DNA from: Dimorphilus gyrociliatus
Taxonomy: Eukaryota > Animalia > Annelida
Direction: 5' to 3'
DNA: 64,000 nucleotides
Assembly (NCBI GenBank): GCA_904063045.1
Contig: CAJFCJ010000006.1
Span: 2,036,946-2,100,945 of the forward strand
In this document: in pieces, positions 1 through 13,508 of the stretch
How positions within the stretch are numbered: the first letter of the stretch is position 1
Layout: every line of letters begins with the position of its first letter
Notes under the pieces: generated by a model
Told to the model about the DNA's origin: nothing
Seen by the model: the letters and a program-made list of their open reading frames with translations, nothing else
Databases searched by the model: none
Made by a program: the position numbers and the translations under genes

Positions 1-266
1 TTTACTTTGCAATAAATGAAATTAATATAAAATAATTCCTTAGTGTGTTTTCAACACTGTCCAGGAAGCATAACAGGCATAACAAAGACTCTTTAAACAG
101 TATGAAAATGGCCGTTTTGGCACTTTTTCATTTACCTATTGTCTTCCGAAAGTCTATTAAGACTAGCTGATCGACTTGAATAGTGGTTTTAAAGTTTCTA
201 CATTAACATATATAATTATTGTACAACGACTTGTTCCCTGCTCCGTCACGTAGGCTTTTTACCAAG

Positions 267-309
267 TGCGCATGCGTGCCTCATTTGCATTTTAAATTTG
301 GTGACGTCA
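267..309. promoter_or_regulatory. NRF1-like (TGCGCATGCG, 267-276) and CRE (TGACGTCA, 302-309) motifs upstream of the first gene
   Basis: Exact motif matches about 250-290 bp upstream of ATG 554. Function is inferred from motif and position only. Confidence 0.45.
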
Positions 310-553
310 TTTCAACTCATGTAAACTGGTGGAGTTTTCCTGCGGATGTTTCGCTCGAAAATATATAATTAATAACAGGACAAAGGATTATCTTCTTTTA
401 GCGCCAAAACTGTTCTTTTTCTTATTTTTTCCGACTGCATATGATCAAAAATTGTTTTGAGCGAGATTTTTTATACCCTGACATCGACTATTTATCCTAT
501 CTTTCGTTAGAAGACATGCCTGCAGTCAATCTGAGTTTTCGGATTGCTCTACA

Positions 554-3542
554 ATGAACAAAATCGTGATTTCTACTATTTTTGTTTTTTGGTGCCTAAA
601 CTTAGGTCTGCTAGTTGTCATCAAGTATTGACATTTTTTATCAAAATTTGCTTTCAGATTTGATTACAAGCGGCCCTGTTATCAAGAATGATCGGAAGAA
701 AGACGAAATTGAAATGGGTAAATATCTCTTAAGCATCTCACTAAGCTTAGTTATAGGCGTATAACGCATTTGGATAAATAATCTAACTAAATATTAAGTG
801 TCCAAAATGTGGTACACGGTTAATGATCGATGTATGTACTTTTATTTAAAACGTTTCAAAGGGAAAAGTTTCTTAAAAAACAAAGAACATTCCAACTGTA
901 AGCTAGGACTTATTTAATAAAACGAAAAAAAACGTCAATATGGCAAAGCAGATTAGACTGTAAATCTATTGACTAATTTCTCATGCATGCCTTTCGCCTA
1001 TTTCCTTTTTCAGTAGCGAAGAGGAAAGAGCCTGTCGAGAGAGCTCCAATAGACGATGACGGTTTGTGGTGGAAATCTCGTGTTATTATAGCGTGTACCG
1101 GTAAGTAATCGTATACAGTAACGAGATATATAAGCCCAAAATATATGATTTCTTTTTTTTTTTAACGATAAAACTTTCGAAAGTTATTCTACTAATTAGT
1201 ATAAAAATTCTCAATGAAAAAGAACTCAACGAAAACACAAAATTCAGCCTAGTAGTTTAGTACATTGGTTTTTAAAAATTACATTTAACGCCTACGAAGT
1301 TTATCACACCCTTTTTTATAGAATCTATTTTTAAATCGTATTACCATTCGTTCAAGAATACAATTGCTGTTAATTAGATAGCCAATACTATTGCTAATAA
1401 AATGGAAAACTCACACTTCCCTCACCCCCCTCCCCTCTCCACGTGATAAAATGAAAGTTGTAATTGGCTCCAAAATAAATAAGAAATTTTATAATTTATT
1501 AAAAGATTAATGCTTATCTTTGAAACAAACTGTTACAAGCTTTACGATTCCCAAGTTGAAATATTACATAGGCAAAAAAGTTTGGTTTAAATAAATAAAA
1601 AGAAAAACCCCATAGCTTAGTCTTTCAACAACTGCGCCCCCTCTCTCTCCTCCCTCTCTACCACACCCCTACAACTGACAATCTTTGTTTATAATATGAA
1701 GAAAAATGCGAAATTTCCTCTCTTTAATTAACTTACCTTTTCCAATAGACTTGTTAATTGTGATAAATCTATCGAAATTCTAACCATATTGATGAAATAT
1801 TCTTTCGTTAGATCTGGAATTTTGCTTTCATTTTAATTAAAAATTGTGTCTTTTTTTTTTCCTAAACAGTAATTGCCTCCTTGGAAATTGTTATTGTAAT
1901 TGTCATGATTATATATTGGCGACAAATTCGATTCTATTTTACTAAAATTCATTGCCCATGTGATGTAAGTTTTTATTATTGTTATTTTAAAATTATTGTT
2001 ATTAAAAGTAAAATAATTGTGCTTTTATTCTATTAAATACAGGACTATCTGTATGAAAGGAGAATGAGAAGAGAATTGAATAGGGTTGTGCCACCTTCCG
2101 ACATCACTATGGAAGATAGACAAAGTCGAAGGACTTCCCAGAGGCCTATACCTACTGTGCAGCTACAAGCAAGGGCGCTTTTGGTTAGTTTTGGAGTGTT
2201 TATTTTTTTTATAGCATTATACTCTTTCATTATAGGCATTTTGTTAAATGATGATAAAATTTATTGGGCATTTATTTGATTGTAAAAGTCCCTTCCACTT
2301 CTTTCAGTTGCCCCACTTAGTATTCTGTTCTTTATCGTTTTTTTCTCACTACCTATTCAATACCATTTTTATTGAAACTTTTTAACCATAACAGAATAAT
2401 CCTTCGTCCGAACAACGTAATAATGCTTCTGAGGAATCAAATCAGCAAAGCGTTAGCGCTCAAGTTCACAGAGAGGCCGATCTTGAAGGTGAGCATGCGC
2501 AAATAGTTCGAAGGTCTATACGCTAGTTCACAGCCATACTTTCTCTTAAAAGTAGTCCAATAAGATAGGATACCTGTTTAATTTTGTCAGCTCGACAAAA
2601 ATATAAACATTACCTACTAACAGTAGCAATAGCTATTAGTATATTCTGTATAAAAGAGAGAAAATTATAAAAAAGATAATTGAAAGTTAAACTTTATTTT
2701 AATGCCATTGTCTTCCTTAGAAAGATATTTTATTACTCTTTAAAACGAAATATATATTTATTATTTCTAATTTTTAATTTATAATAAAATCAATACGTTA
2801 TAGGCGTAAGACGCCTCTTTATATAACGGTTAACACATGTTTCTAATATACAATAATATTTTATTAGTATATCTCGATTATTCTAATTTTTAACGATCTT
2901 TTTATTACAGATTCGAGTCATTAGCTATTATATATTTAAATACTCTTTATAGCCAAATAATTTACAACATACAGCGTTGTAAAACCTTTAAATTAATAAT
3001 TTGTATCGTAGAGGTCTTTTTTTTTGTATAACTAGGAAAAGAATAAAATAAACAAATAAACAATTGAATTAATGATAGGATATTAAATGATAGATGACTA
3101 CTTTTATCAACAAAATTCAGTCACTGAAATAGTTGTTATTACTGCTTTTATTACTGATTTTAAAAGATTTGCTAGCCTAAAGGAAGTAATTGGAGCTACA
3201 GCTATTTATTTTATAGAGATTTTTCGTTTAAATTAACAAAAACAGAAACCCAAATTTTATCATTTCCGTTAAAATTTAACAGAAACTGAACATCCTTCCA
3301 TAACACATTCCACAAATGTAGAAAGCTGCAATGAACAAGACACATTCCGTGACTTAAGTGTGAGCGATATTAGTGACGAAGAATTCGAAAATCAAGCTGA
3401 TGGATTCCTTAGCAAAAAAGGTTATGAAAATGCAAGTTTTGAAGAGGAACCTTCATCATCATCATTGTCATCTATTAAAAAAACTATGCCTATAAATAAA
3501 ACCAAAGAACCTGAATGCCTTCATAGACTTCTTACAAAATAG
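554..3542 (+). CDS. Orphan single-pass type I membrane protein (7 coding exons, ~260 aa)
   Basis: Hand splicing gives one continuous phase-compatible frame. Exons start at 554, 658, ~1015, ~1870, ~2044, ~2394 and ~3283, all GT-AG. Translation: MNKIVISTIFVFWCLNLDLITSG (signal peptide), short ectodomain, TM VIIACTVIASLEIVIVIVMIIYW, juxtamembrane HCPCD, then an acidic/Ser-rich tail ending RLLTK* (track ORF 3360-3542). No family recognised. Confidence 0.75.
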
Positions 3543-4536
3543 AAAAACATTTTCTTTACTGATTTCTAGAAGAAGAAAAGAATTTAAAAAAAAATAAACG
3601 GCAAATGAGAAAAATGAAAGTAAAAGTCTCTTTTTGGTTGGAATCAAAAAAAAAACATCTCTCTAGAAAACGAAAATAAAACAAAAACTTAACAACGTGA
3701 ATATAAATCAAAAATTCGTGTTGTTTGGAAAAGATAGGTCACTTTTTTTTTTTTTGCGGCTAAATACTTAATCGCTCTTTGTATTTTCTCTCCTCGCGTT
3801 TAATTTTTGTAGTATTCGCATGCCATTGTTTTTTCGTATTATTTTTCAGTTTTTTTCTTTTTTTTTGTATTGCTGATATACCTGGTGCTGTCATTCATCG
3901 CAAATATAAGGCAGTGTTATTTTTTTCAGTTTTTTTTTTTGCAATGAATGTTCTATCCATTTTCATGTTTCGCTTGTTTTATTCTTTTTTATCATTATAT
4001 AAAATAGTATATATATATATATACATATATGTATAAGTGTTTTTATATTGAATTGGAAAGAATTCTATTGGTATTATAGAAAGAGAATTGTTCCATTTTT
4101 ATCGGCGGGAAAAGTTACATTGATTGTTTACCTCTTGTTTTTATTGTTTTCCTCAAAATTCTTAGAGGCCATTTTTTTTCGTAGAAAAGAAAAAAGAAAA
4201 TATTTTGTACAGTTATTACTGGAAATCAATTTTTAAAAAGAATAAATGTTAAAAAAAAGAATTTTTTAATATTAATAATGTGGTTCTTTTAATTGAGCGA
4301 TAATTGCCCACTTTAAAACTTTTAGGAAATCGACTTTTTTTTAATTTTCTTTATTAATAATCATTTAACATCATCGATAACTAATAAATTTTTTTTATTG
4401 ATGGTCAATGCATAAAATGTATAATATTATATGTTTTATCGCTTAAAATTTCTTCAATATATACAAAATTATTCTTTTTGTATCCATAAAAGTATAACCT
4501 CTTCTTAAACTTCCGTCAATAGTAATTAATGATCTT

Positions 4537-5361
4537 TTAATCGACTAAACAACAGCAAATGTATGTCCAAATACAAGCAAAACAACAACAAGCATCTGAA
4601 TCAGCCTGCGCTTGTGCCGCTCTCTGAGCAGCTCCATCATCAACAACGACTCTAAAGAAAAATATATAATCATTAATCTTGATACAAAAGAAAGGAAGTA
4701 GAAATTTTATATTACTAAAAGTTCTTGTTTTTATTAAAATTGTAATAACAATAATAATTATAATAAATAAATAAATTCCCTAAGAAATTCGATGTAAATT
4801 TGGTTAATTATCAAAATTTGAAGTGATATTGACTAAATTGGTAAGTAAAAAAACGATAATCTCACTTCATTCGTTCTACCTATGAAGCTTATCTTTAATT
4901 TTGTTTTTTTGTATGTGTGCTTTACGTCAGAATAGAAAAAAAAAGCCTTTATAGTTTTAATTATATGAGAACTCGATATGGACATTCAATTAAGATTAAA
5001 GGAGAATATTATATTGAATAATTAATAATAATAGTAATACTTGTTACTATATGATATCAAAATCCTTTACTGGTGATTCTAAATTTTGAATGACTCATTG
5101 TCATATCGTTATCAAAGGAAATTGCAGACAAAATATGAATATGGAAAAAGAAATTGTTATCAACTGTAGCTCAACTTACACTGTTGTCGGTTGTTGCTGT
5201 TGCTGTCCTCCATGATGGTAAACGGTATGGTGTTCATGGATAACTTGTGATGGTGGGGCTTGGGGGGCGTAACCTTGACCATATTGTGGAGGATAATTTT
5301 GAGGAGGAGGATATCCTTGATTTGGAGGATAGGCTGGCGGATTATGAGGATTGTAAGCCAT
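4537..5361 (-). CDS. CYSTM-family protein (Pro/Gln/Tyr-rich head plus C-terminal cysteine-rich TM module), ~100 aa
   Basis: Exon 5361-5180 gives MAYNPHNPPAYPPNQGYPPPQNYPPQYGQGY...PTT. A gtaagt..ag intron follows. Exon 4651-4537 gives VVVVDDGAAQRAAQAQADSDACCCFACIWTYICCCLVD*. The PQY-rich head with a terminal CC..W..CCC tail is the CYSTM architecture. Confidence 0.8.
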
Positions 5362-6011
5362 AATTTATCCTAAAAAACTTTATCCTGAAACAAATAAAAA
5401 TTTAATAAAAGTTGACTCTGCAAGAAATATTTATTATAACTTAAGTAGATTATTAAAGTCATTTCTCAAAAATTCTGATAATCAAGATTTGAAAGTTGAA
5501 AAGTTTCCGTTAATTTATCAACGGAATGAAACATTTCAATACATATATATATATACTAATATATAGATCTCTAACAGCTTTTGTATATACATATATATAT
5601 ATGTATACATCTATATTATGGTTGCTTACCTGCAGTTGTCTGACTAACTCAAAACTAACTCTGTTAACTCTTATCTTTCTTCATTGATTTAAAGATAACG
5701 AATGCGTGTGTTAATTATCTTTATCACTAGGGCCTATATATGATATTGAGAAGAATGACTAAAAACTGGAAATACCATGTATACGAACAACTAACTTATT
5801 ACATTTATTTGATGAGTCATTAGTTATCTTGATATTGTTAATATTCATTAGAAATTCATTGTTATATATAATTTGCATTTATTGCAGTTTTTATTAACAT
5901 CTTTTACTGATATTTGTAAATAGTCAAGGAAATTATATTTTTTGTCCTTTTCATGTATTGATGAGATAATGTCCTGTATGTTGAACTGCTGATAACGTTG
6001 CCATTGAATCA

Positions 6012-9000
6012 TCAACTATTACTAACCATCTCTCTTTGCTTATCATCACTTCTAATGAAGGTAAACTGTACAGTTTTCTCAGACTTCTTTATTAAATCAA
6101 CCACGCTGAAAAGAGTTATCTGTTTATTCTCTAAGCCTATTTAGATTGTTATTTCCTCGCCCAAATACAATGGTTGTATAGTATACATATGTACGTAATA
6201 TGTGTACCATACCATCTAAAATGTAGGAAAACAAACCTATTGTACGCCAATCCCTCAATATCAACATTATTCACAATGATTAATTCATCTCCTACACATA
6301 TTCCACTCTTTATCGCCTCGCCATTAGGAAGTACAATTCTAACAAATATTCCACACCTTTTTAAACTTGTAAACTAAGAAAAAAAATAAATTTAATTAAT
6401 CACGTGATCAAGTTAAACAAGTATAATTTGATTCATTGCGCGAAGATGAATTTATATATACAAAAGTGAGGAGGAAAGAGAGAAAGAGAGTAAGAGAGAG
6501 AGAGAGAGAGAACACGTGATTATCTTTGTTAAAAACTATATTCATCAAAGTAAAATAAGTAAGATATTATAAGAATTATAGACATAAAATGAAGAAAAGA
6601 ATAGATTATAGTTCATATTCACACAAATTTCAAATTAGTTCATTTAATAGAAAATATGTAGAGAGTAGTTTTTCAATAAATATTTAAAGTAACACACTTT
6701 TCACAAAAGCGTTTTTTTTTAACAATAATTCTCTCTTACCATTCCATCAATTAGGCCTAATCCAAATCCATTTTTACCCTTACGTAATTGAACATTATAA
6801 TACCTTTGCCTTTCTTGTCCTTGTTGTAGTTTTTTGTAGAAAAAAATAAGAAAGAAAAATACAGATACATATAAAGTATATATACGACAATAAGAAAAAG
6901 GGTAGTTAGAAGACGATAACAGGGAACGATAGTATGTGCTATGGTTACGCTGTATAATTCTCATTGACTTGAAAGAGTTCGCCAGCCTGTCTAAGCATAA
7001 TCATTCTCTGTAAAGGAGTTGGGTTATTATGATCTAAAACTCTATTATCGATAGAGGAACGTCTGCTTTTTAGTTCCAGCATTTCTATATTAATATCGCT
7101 AATTGATTTTTCAGAGTTAGAGGAAAGTACTGACTCGGTTGGAGAGTTTAAAGTATTTCTAATATTTACGAGAGAAATTCCAGGCACGCTTAGACATGAT
7201 TTACCTGATGATGAGCTTGTTTCAATTTTCGTTTCTTCATCTTTTGCTGTTTCTGATAAACAACTAGACACCGACGCTTTTTTCTTTCGTTGCGGGACAA
7301 CCAGTTTCTTCTCTTCTACTTCAGAGTTAACCTGATCGCTCGTGTTTTTCTCTTCTTCTTCTCGTTCTTGTTTCGTGACATTTGAACTTTCTGTATTTAG
7401 TTTTTTGTGGTTCCTCAGTCTAGGTGGTCTGATTGGTTGAGGTGAAGAAATAATAACTTCTGGCATATTGTCTATTTGTTTAGTTGAAGAGGGAATTTCA
7501 AAACAATTTTCCGAGTAAGACATTGACCTGGAAGGAAGCTCTAACTGTTCTACTCCAAGATTTGCTTGTACAGCTGACGATGCTCGAATTCTGCAAGAGA
7601 ATTCCGGAGGAGTAAAGCTTTTTTCAATTTCTCCTAATTCTTCATCGACGATCGGTGCAGCAAAATCTGTTGTGCTAGAGAAAAAAGTTAAATCAGCGTT
7701 GATAGCCGACTTTGATGATTTCCTATTATATTTTGCTGTTATTAAATTATCATTGAAAGAAACCAAAGGAACTCTCGATAGAAGTTCGTAAAAAGATTTA
7801 TCTTCAATTCGGGCATATAAATCTAAAACATAGCCTCTTTTCGGTATTAACATTGTCGGATAATTGGTGAAAGTTTCAAAAATAAGATCCTCATCTTCAG
7901 CTAGAAGAAAATTATCTGGCCTCCACGAATCGGGCCTTTTCCTATTATTTTTCAGCTGATAATTTTTCAAGATGAAATTCAATTGAGCAGGATGTAAAGA
8001 AGGGCATTTCTTCTTCAATTCAAACCAACTATTCTATAAGTGAAGGTAACTTTTGCAAAACAATAAAAAAAGGCTAAGTCTTATTGTATAAACTAACCCT
8101 TATAAGTACAATATGTGACGTACACAATAGATTACTTAATTCTATCAATTTCTTCATTCTATTTATAACTTCAACTTGAAATTTATTCTTATTGGCCCAT
8201 TCAAGTATTAAATCCAAACGAGACTTTAAATGAACACCGAAATCCCACGTAAAATTTTCTTCTATTAAAGAATAGTTCCTTTTCAATATTCTTATTATAG
8301 AACAAACATTTTAAATTGACAAACCTTGCTTAAATATTTCATTTAAGAGTGTTGCATTAGTAAAAAAGAATATAAATTCAAACATTTGATGAAGAATATC
8401 TTGATGGATAAGGTTTCTTTCGGACATTTGAAGTATTTTTTGAAACAGGCTTATCATAGGGCTAAATTCTTCTTCATACTCGTCCTCTTGACATTTTCTA
8501 TAATTCTCTACTTGAACGGTTTTAATAAGATAATTATATAATAGACGAGTAGTATAGAATATTAATGATTGAATAGTATGAAGTACAACTTCGGTTAATA
8601 ACGTTTCTACTCTCTCTTCAACATTCTTTAAATGTTCGTCTTCAGGATGCAAAGATACTGAGGGATCCATTAAGTATTGAGTTATATTTTGAAGAATAAA
8701 GAACCGTACTTCAGAACTATTCGACGACCATTGCATAAGCCTATCCAAGTCATTCTCCAGATGCTTTATCTTGTCATCGCTAACCACTTTCTTATATTCT
8801 TCGGCCATCGTATCAATTAAATTCTATAGTAAAAGAAAACGCAGAATACATTAACGTTACACTATATTGGGGAATTATATGTCTTTTAGGCCTACCACAA
8901 CTTCGTTATGAACATATTCAGCGATAGTAAGCAAGAGTTGTCTTGTTTTACTTTGTTCCTTATGTATTGCATAGTATTCGATGGTCATTGCTAATATATA

Positions 9001-10323
9001 AGCTGGCGTTAGTTTGTAACCATGATTTCCTAGTTTAATAAGATTGAACGTATATTCAAGAACGCTTTCCACATTATCCGTATCAAAATTCATCTTGAAT
9101 CTTTTGTCATCTTTATCATAGAATTCACGTTTCATTGTGAACCATCTTTCAACTAATTCCTCTTTACTGTATTCTTTTAAATCTTCCTCAAATGATAATT
9201 CCCTTAAGTACTGTCTGTCTGTAGTAGGTTGCTTTGGGTCCTATTGCAGGTTTTTTGTATATATACATATATAAATTTATATATATATGTGTGTGTGTGT
9301 GTTAAGAGAGGAATGGGAGTCAGTATAAAATGTATGTTTATAAATGAGATATTAATAAGATTATTATCATTATCCCATTCCCCTCTTAAACCTTAAAAAG
9401 GAATGAATATATATTTCCAAATTGAAGAATATCCCCTGAGTATACATTTGTCGAATCTTTTATTCGGCGACCATTTATACGAACTTGGCAATCGGCCAGA
9501 GGTTCTACACTTAAGTATACTTGTTGATCTTCTCTGTGAACTTTTAACCAACAGTGACGCCGTCCAACTTCTGGACTATAGAGTCTTATGTTGCATCCAT
9601 TTTCGTCGTTACCAACAATGAGAACAGCGTTGTTCAATGGATAAATAACTTTGTCTACATTCTCATCTCTACCAGTCAAAAGAAGGAGATAAGGCTCTTC
9701 GGTAGGCATCATAACAGTTTTATAATTGGATGGCTGATTGTCTAAAGAAGAAATGGCTTCAACGGCATCCTCCAATTCTAAAAGAAAGGTTTTAAATGCC
9801 AAAAAAAGAAAAACAAAAGTAAAGAACAAAAGAGGAGCGAGAGCGCGCGAGCGCAAGAGAGAGAGAGCGAGAGAAAAAAATAAAATAAAAGAGCAGGACT
9901 TATACGATCAATAAACGAAAAGTACTTACGACTATTTCGTCGTCTCTTAACCTCTTTAACACGTAATTCAAATTTTCTACAGAAACCAGTCTGAGGTTTA
10001 AAAAACTTCTGTAAAGCTAAAGGTTTCTCGTAACTACCAAGCTTCCTTGAGCACTTTTCAACCCATCCATACGCACTTTCCCTACCAATTACCTCAAATA
10101 GTTCATAATCGTCAGCCTCACATTCACTAATAGTATACTTTTTCAAAGATTCTATTAATACTCGACCAACGTTGGTTTCCTCATCAATGGCAATACTTTT
10201 ATATTGAACACCATCAGATGAGAAATTTGCAAAGACTTTAATAAAATTAGGCTCCGTAGACGGACCAATATGTTTATCCGTTTTAGGTTGTTTAGGTAGT
10301 TTATACTCGTACTTACTATTCAT
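6012..10323 (-). CDS. RADIL: Ras-associating and dilute domain-containing protein (RA-FHA-DIL-PDZ)
   Basis: RA domain: IKVFANFSSDGVQYKSI...EKPLALQKFFKPQTGFCRKFELR. FHA-like: LYSPEVGRRHCWL...VRINGRRI...GDILQFGNIYSFLF. DIL: QMFEFIFFFTNATLLNEIF...LKSRLDLILEWA. The C-terminal PDZ is split over three exons: GKNGFGLGLIDGM | FTSLKRCGIFVRIVLPNGEA...GDELIIVNNVDI | VVDLIKKSEKTVQFTF, stop at 6014-6012. The GLIDGM PDZ and the domain order match RADIL/RASIP1. Confidence 0.85.
6476..6511. repeat. (AG)n-rich microsatellite in a RADIL intron
   Basis: Imperfect gagagaaagagagtaagagagagagagagagag run seen directly. Confidence 0.8.
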
Positions 10324-11097
10324 TGAAAATGACCATTAAGAAGGTAGGATTGGCATAAAAAAGAAAAAGTAAAAAAAGAATGAACGTTTCTGCAGGTTTT
10401 AATCAATCTAGTTGAGTCCATGAGTTATAATGAATTTTTAAAAAAATCATATCCATGAAAGGATTTTATGATATTTAGGTTTTAAAAAATATAAAATCCT
10501 TTTTTTTTTTACTCTAAAAATTAGGCCTAAGAGATATTGATTAATTCCACCAAATATTAATACTTAGTACTAATAGTCTATAATGCGGCACTCGATCATT
10601 GAAAAGCGTACAAACGGCCATGAAATAGAGCCATTTTACTCCATTTTTTCCACCCCCTGTTGTTAATCGATATGTATACTTAATTGATTTCTCATTTATC
10701 GTCGATTGACTGTTAAAACATATATGAATCTATACCTTTGTACTAACATTTCTAGGATTATCTCTAGATATATAGGAGAGTAAAAATATATATGTTCTAT
10801 TCTATTATTCTTCTTGTTCTTGTTCTTATTCTTCTTTCTCTTTGTAACTTAACTTCTTTTTTAACATTATAAAGTTCATTATTTATTTAAAATATACAAT
10901 TATAAAATATACACGAATTATTAGTTCTCATATTCATTGCTATGCTGTTATCAATTGTAAATAGCCGGGAAGAAAGAATGTGGAATACAGAAATAATTAT
11001 TCGTCTCATTTAAATAGATTATTAATTCTTTAATTGAATATTCATGAGACAGATTTTATTTTTTGAAACAAATTTTTTTTTTCAGTTTGTTTTTTTT

Positions 11098-11802
11098 CTA
11101 AAGAGTTGTAAGACCTTGCGAATAGTAGTCGCTATCTTTTAGATCACTGTCGTAAGCCCTGTTATCGTAGGCAATAGAAACCGGTTGTTTTTCGATAACA
11201 CTGTCTTCTTTTGTCGGGGTTGCAATTCCATTCTCTTCTGCTCCTTCAAGTAGATGAAGTGGAATGTTTTTCATTTCGATGGGAATATCTTCGTCATTCC
11301 AGGTCATACGACTATGAATTGCAAGTGCGACTAATAGAGCTGCCATAAGAGGGAGGGAGGTAGATAATCCGACTATTGTGGCTTTCTTATACTTTCTCCA
11401 AAGGTTACCAAAATAATAGCCGTTATAATTGAGACCTTTCTTAATTACGAATTCCTCTCCATTGGTAAGAGATCCAACGCAATAGTAAAAGCCAAAATGC
11501 TCCTCCTGAACTTTCGAAATCAGAAGAAATTCTCCATCTTCAATGACTTTAAGGTTGACATCTCCATCAAGCGATTTATAACTCTTATTATAGTTTTTAT
11601 CGGCAATATCCAAATTTGGAAGGATCCATTTATAAATCGTTCTCTCACTTGGAAGTGATCTAGAATCGTTACATTGCAAACTTATATTGTCGCCAAATCT
11701 TGCTTTAGTGTTGAATTCATCATTATCTCCGTATGGACTTTTCATCCAATCATTACTGTACGCAACGGCGAAGAAGCAAAAGAGAAATACCAAAACTTTC
11801 AT
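11098..11802 (-). CDS. Single-Ig-domain type I membrane protein (intronless CDS, 234 aa)
   Basis: Signal peptide MKVLVFLFCFFAVAYS. Ig motifs: ISLQC, YKWILPN, LLISKVQEEHFGFYYC. TM IVGLSTSLPLMAALLVALAI. Tyr-containing tail ending GLTTL*. Confidence 0.85.
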   Translation of the reverse strand: MKVLVFLFCFFAVAYSNDWMKSPYGDNDEFNTKARFGDNISLQCNDSRSLPSERTIYKWILPNLDIADKNYNKSYKSLDGDVNLKVIEDGEFLLISKVQEEHFGFYYCVGSLTNGEEFVIKKGLNYNGYYFGNLWRKYKKATIVGLSTSLPLMAALLVALAIHSRMTWNDEDIPIEMKNIPLHLLEGAEENGIATPTKEDSVIEKQPVSIAYDNRAYDSDLKDSDYYSQGLTTL

Positions 11803-12013
11803 GACTGCCTACCCTATTCCAACGTTTACAATGTTGTGATCAATCTCTTTGTATAGCTTAAGAATTTATAGAATGATAAGATAAGTTTCTGAGATAATCT
11901 GTTCTAAAAATTTTCTAGATAATATCCTTAGTTCAAAATAGGCTTACAACAGTTTATTTTGAAAATTAGAACTTGAATAACGAATAAAATAATACTAATC
12001 AGTAAAGAAGATT

Positions 12014-12014
<1 letters not shown>

Positions 12015-12064
<50 letters not shown>
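12015..12064. repeat. (GA)n microsatellite
   Basis: About 20 near-perfect GA units between the Ig gene and PTRH1. Confidence 0.9.
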
Positions 12065-12067
<3 letters not shown>

Positions 12068-12658
12068 CTAGAATAATAGATATAGACAAATTATTCAACT
12101 AGTAATTAATATATCTTATAGGTGGTTTTTTATTATTTCTTTAGCTTGATTTATTTCTACGATTTCAAGAATTTGTATTGTAATTTTTAAGAGAAAAAAA
12201 TTTGATACAACAGATAAGATAAGAAAGAAAAATGTAAACTTTTATCAACTTTCTCTTAGTTACGAAGGTAAAATTTCAATCAAACAAATTAGATTTAATG
12301 TATTCAAACTATTACAGTTTGTATGACTAATTTATGCATATAGGTATTTATAGTTTTACCAATAGATTCTATATGAACGATTCCCTTCTCTTTCCCCAGA
12401 TCAGTAAAAGTTATACAATGCTAAATAATTATATATCCTTTAGCGATCTCTTTGATAAGATAATTCGATAGGAGAACTACGTCACAATTAAAAGGCATTG
12501 TGATTTAAGTTTGTCTTATTGGTTTTATTATCTTAATAGCAAATAAAGAGAAAAACGTCTTTCACTACGTTTTAATTAAAAGAACATAAATAAAATCAAC
12601 AAGAGCTAACAATATAAAAACAAACAAACAATTATCCCTAATTATTCACAAAATGATG

Positions 12659-13508
12659 TCACGATTCTACAGATATAGTCCTATGTTTCTTTAAGATATG
12701 CTCGAATAAGACGTCAACGGCTATTGGTAATATCTCGTCTATCTTTTTAGATTGCAAATTATCAAAACTATTCAAGACGTAGTCGGCTACTTCATTCCTC
12801 GATGTAGGCCTATCAATTCCAACTAGTAACCTCGGAGGACTCTGATTATTTATAATATCATGAACCGATCTAACTCCATTATGTCCTCTTGGACTACCAT
12901 TCTCTTTTAGTTTATATTTACCAACAACCAAGTCTAATTCGTCATGAATCAAGTATAAGTTATGATCAAAGACTTGGTAAATTTTTGAGCATTTCACAAT
13001 TTTACAACCACAATTGTTCATAAAAGACTTTGGTTTGACTAAGACAAGTTCAATATCATTATTTTTAGGATGAGTCATGGTTCCAATAGAACATGAGCAT
13101 TTTTTATTCATTTTCATTTCAATGTTATACTGAGTAGCTATGAAGTCTATTAATCTCATTCCAACGCTATGTCTAGTGTTAGGCATGCTCCAGTTTCCTA
13201 GGCCAACCAACTGAAATATAAAGCTAAACTTATTACAAATGCTCCATTAATGATAATGCGATAAAATTGATGAAAAAAATTTGGCCGATCATCAACTTTG
13301 ATCTACTTGGTGTTCATTACGTTGAATAATAATTGAAGGCCAAATCCCTATTTAATTAAATAAATAGATTAGCTACAATTGTACTGACCATATACATGTC
13401 ATTTCTAGGTGATCTTGCCATTTCCGAATCATTTGAGTAAGCCAATCTATTCCAGTATCTATAGATTGATGTCAGTCGCCTTCTACACTCGGATATAATG
13501 ATACTCAT
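12659..13508 (-). CDS. PTRH1: Peptidyl-tRNA hydrolase 1 (bacterial-type Pth, probably mitochondrial)
   Basis: Pth motifs LVGLGN, TRHSVG, LVKPKSFMN, HDELDL and GHNG. Exon 1 (ATG 13508, MSIIISECRRRLTSIYRYWNRLAYS..., Arg-rich like a presequence) splices in phase 0 via gtcagt..cag to the TTG at 13210. Confidence 0.9.

Noticed and set aside
3779-4236. Phe/Ile/Tyr-rich ORFs (also 21090-21311, 23894-24076, 27587-27784, 30161-30388)
   Set aside because: They arise from poly-T and (TA)n low-complexity UTR or intron sequence and mostly start at non-ATG codons.
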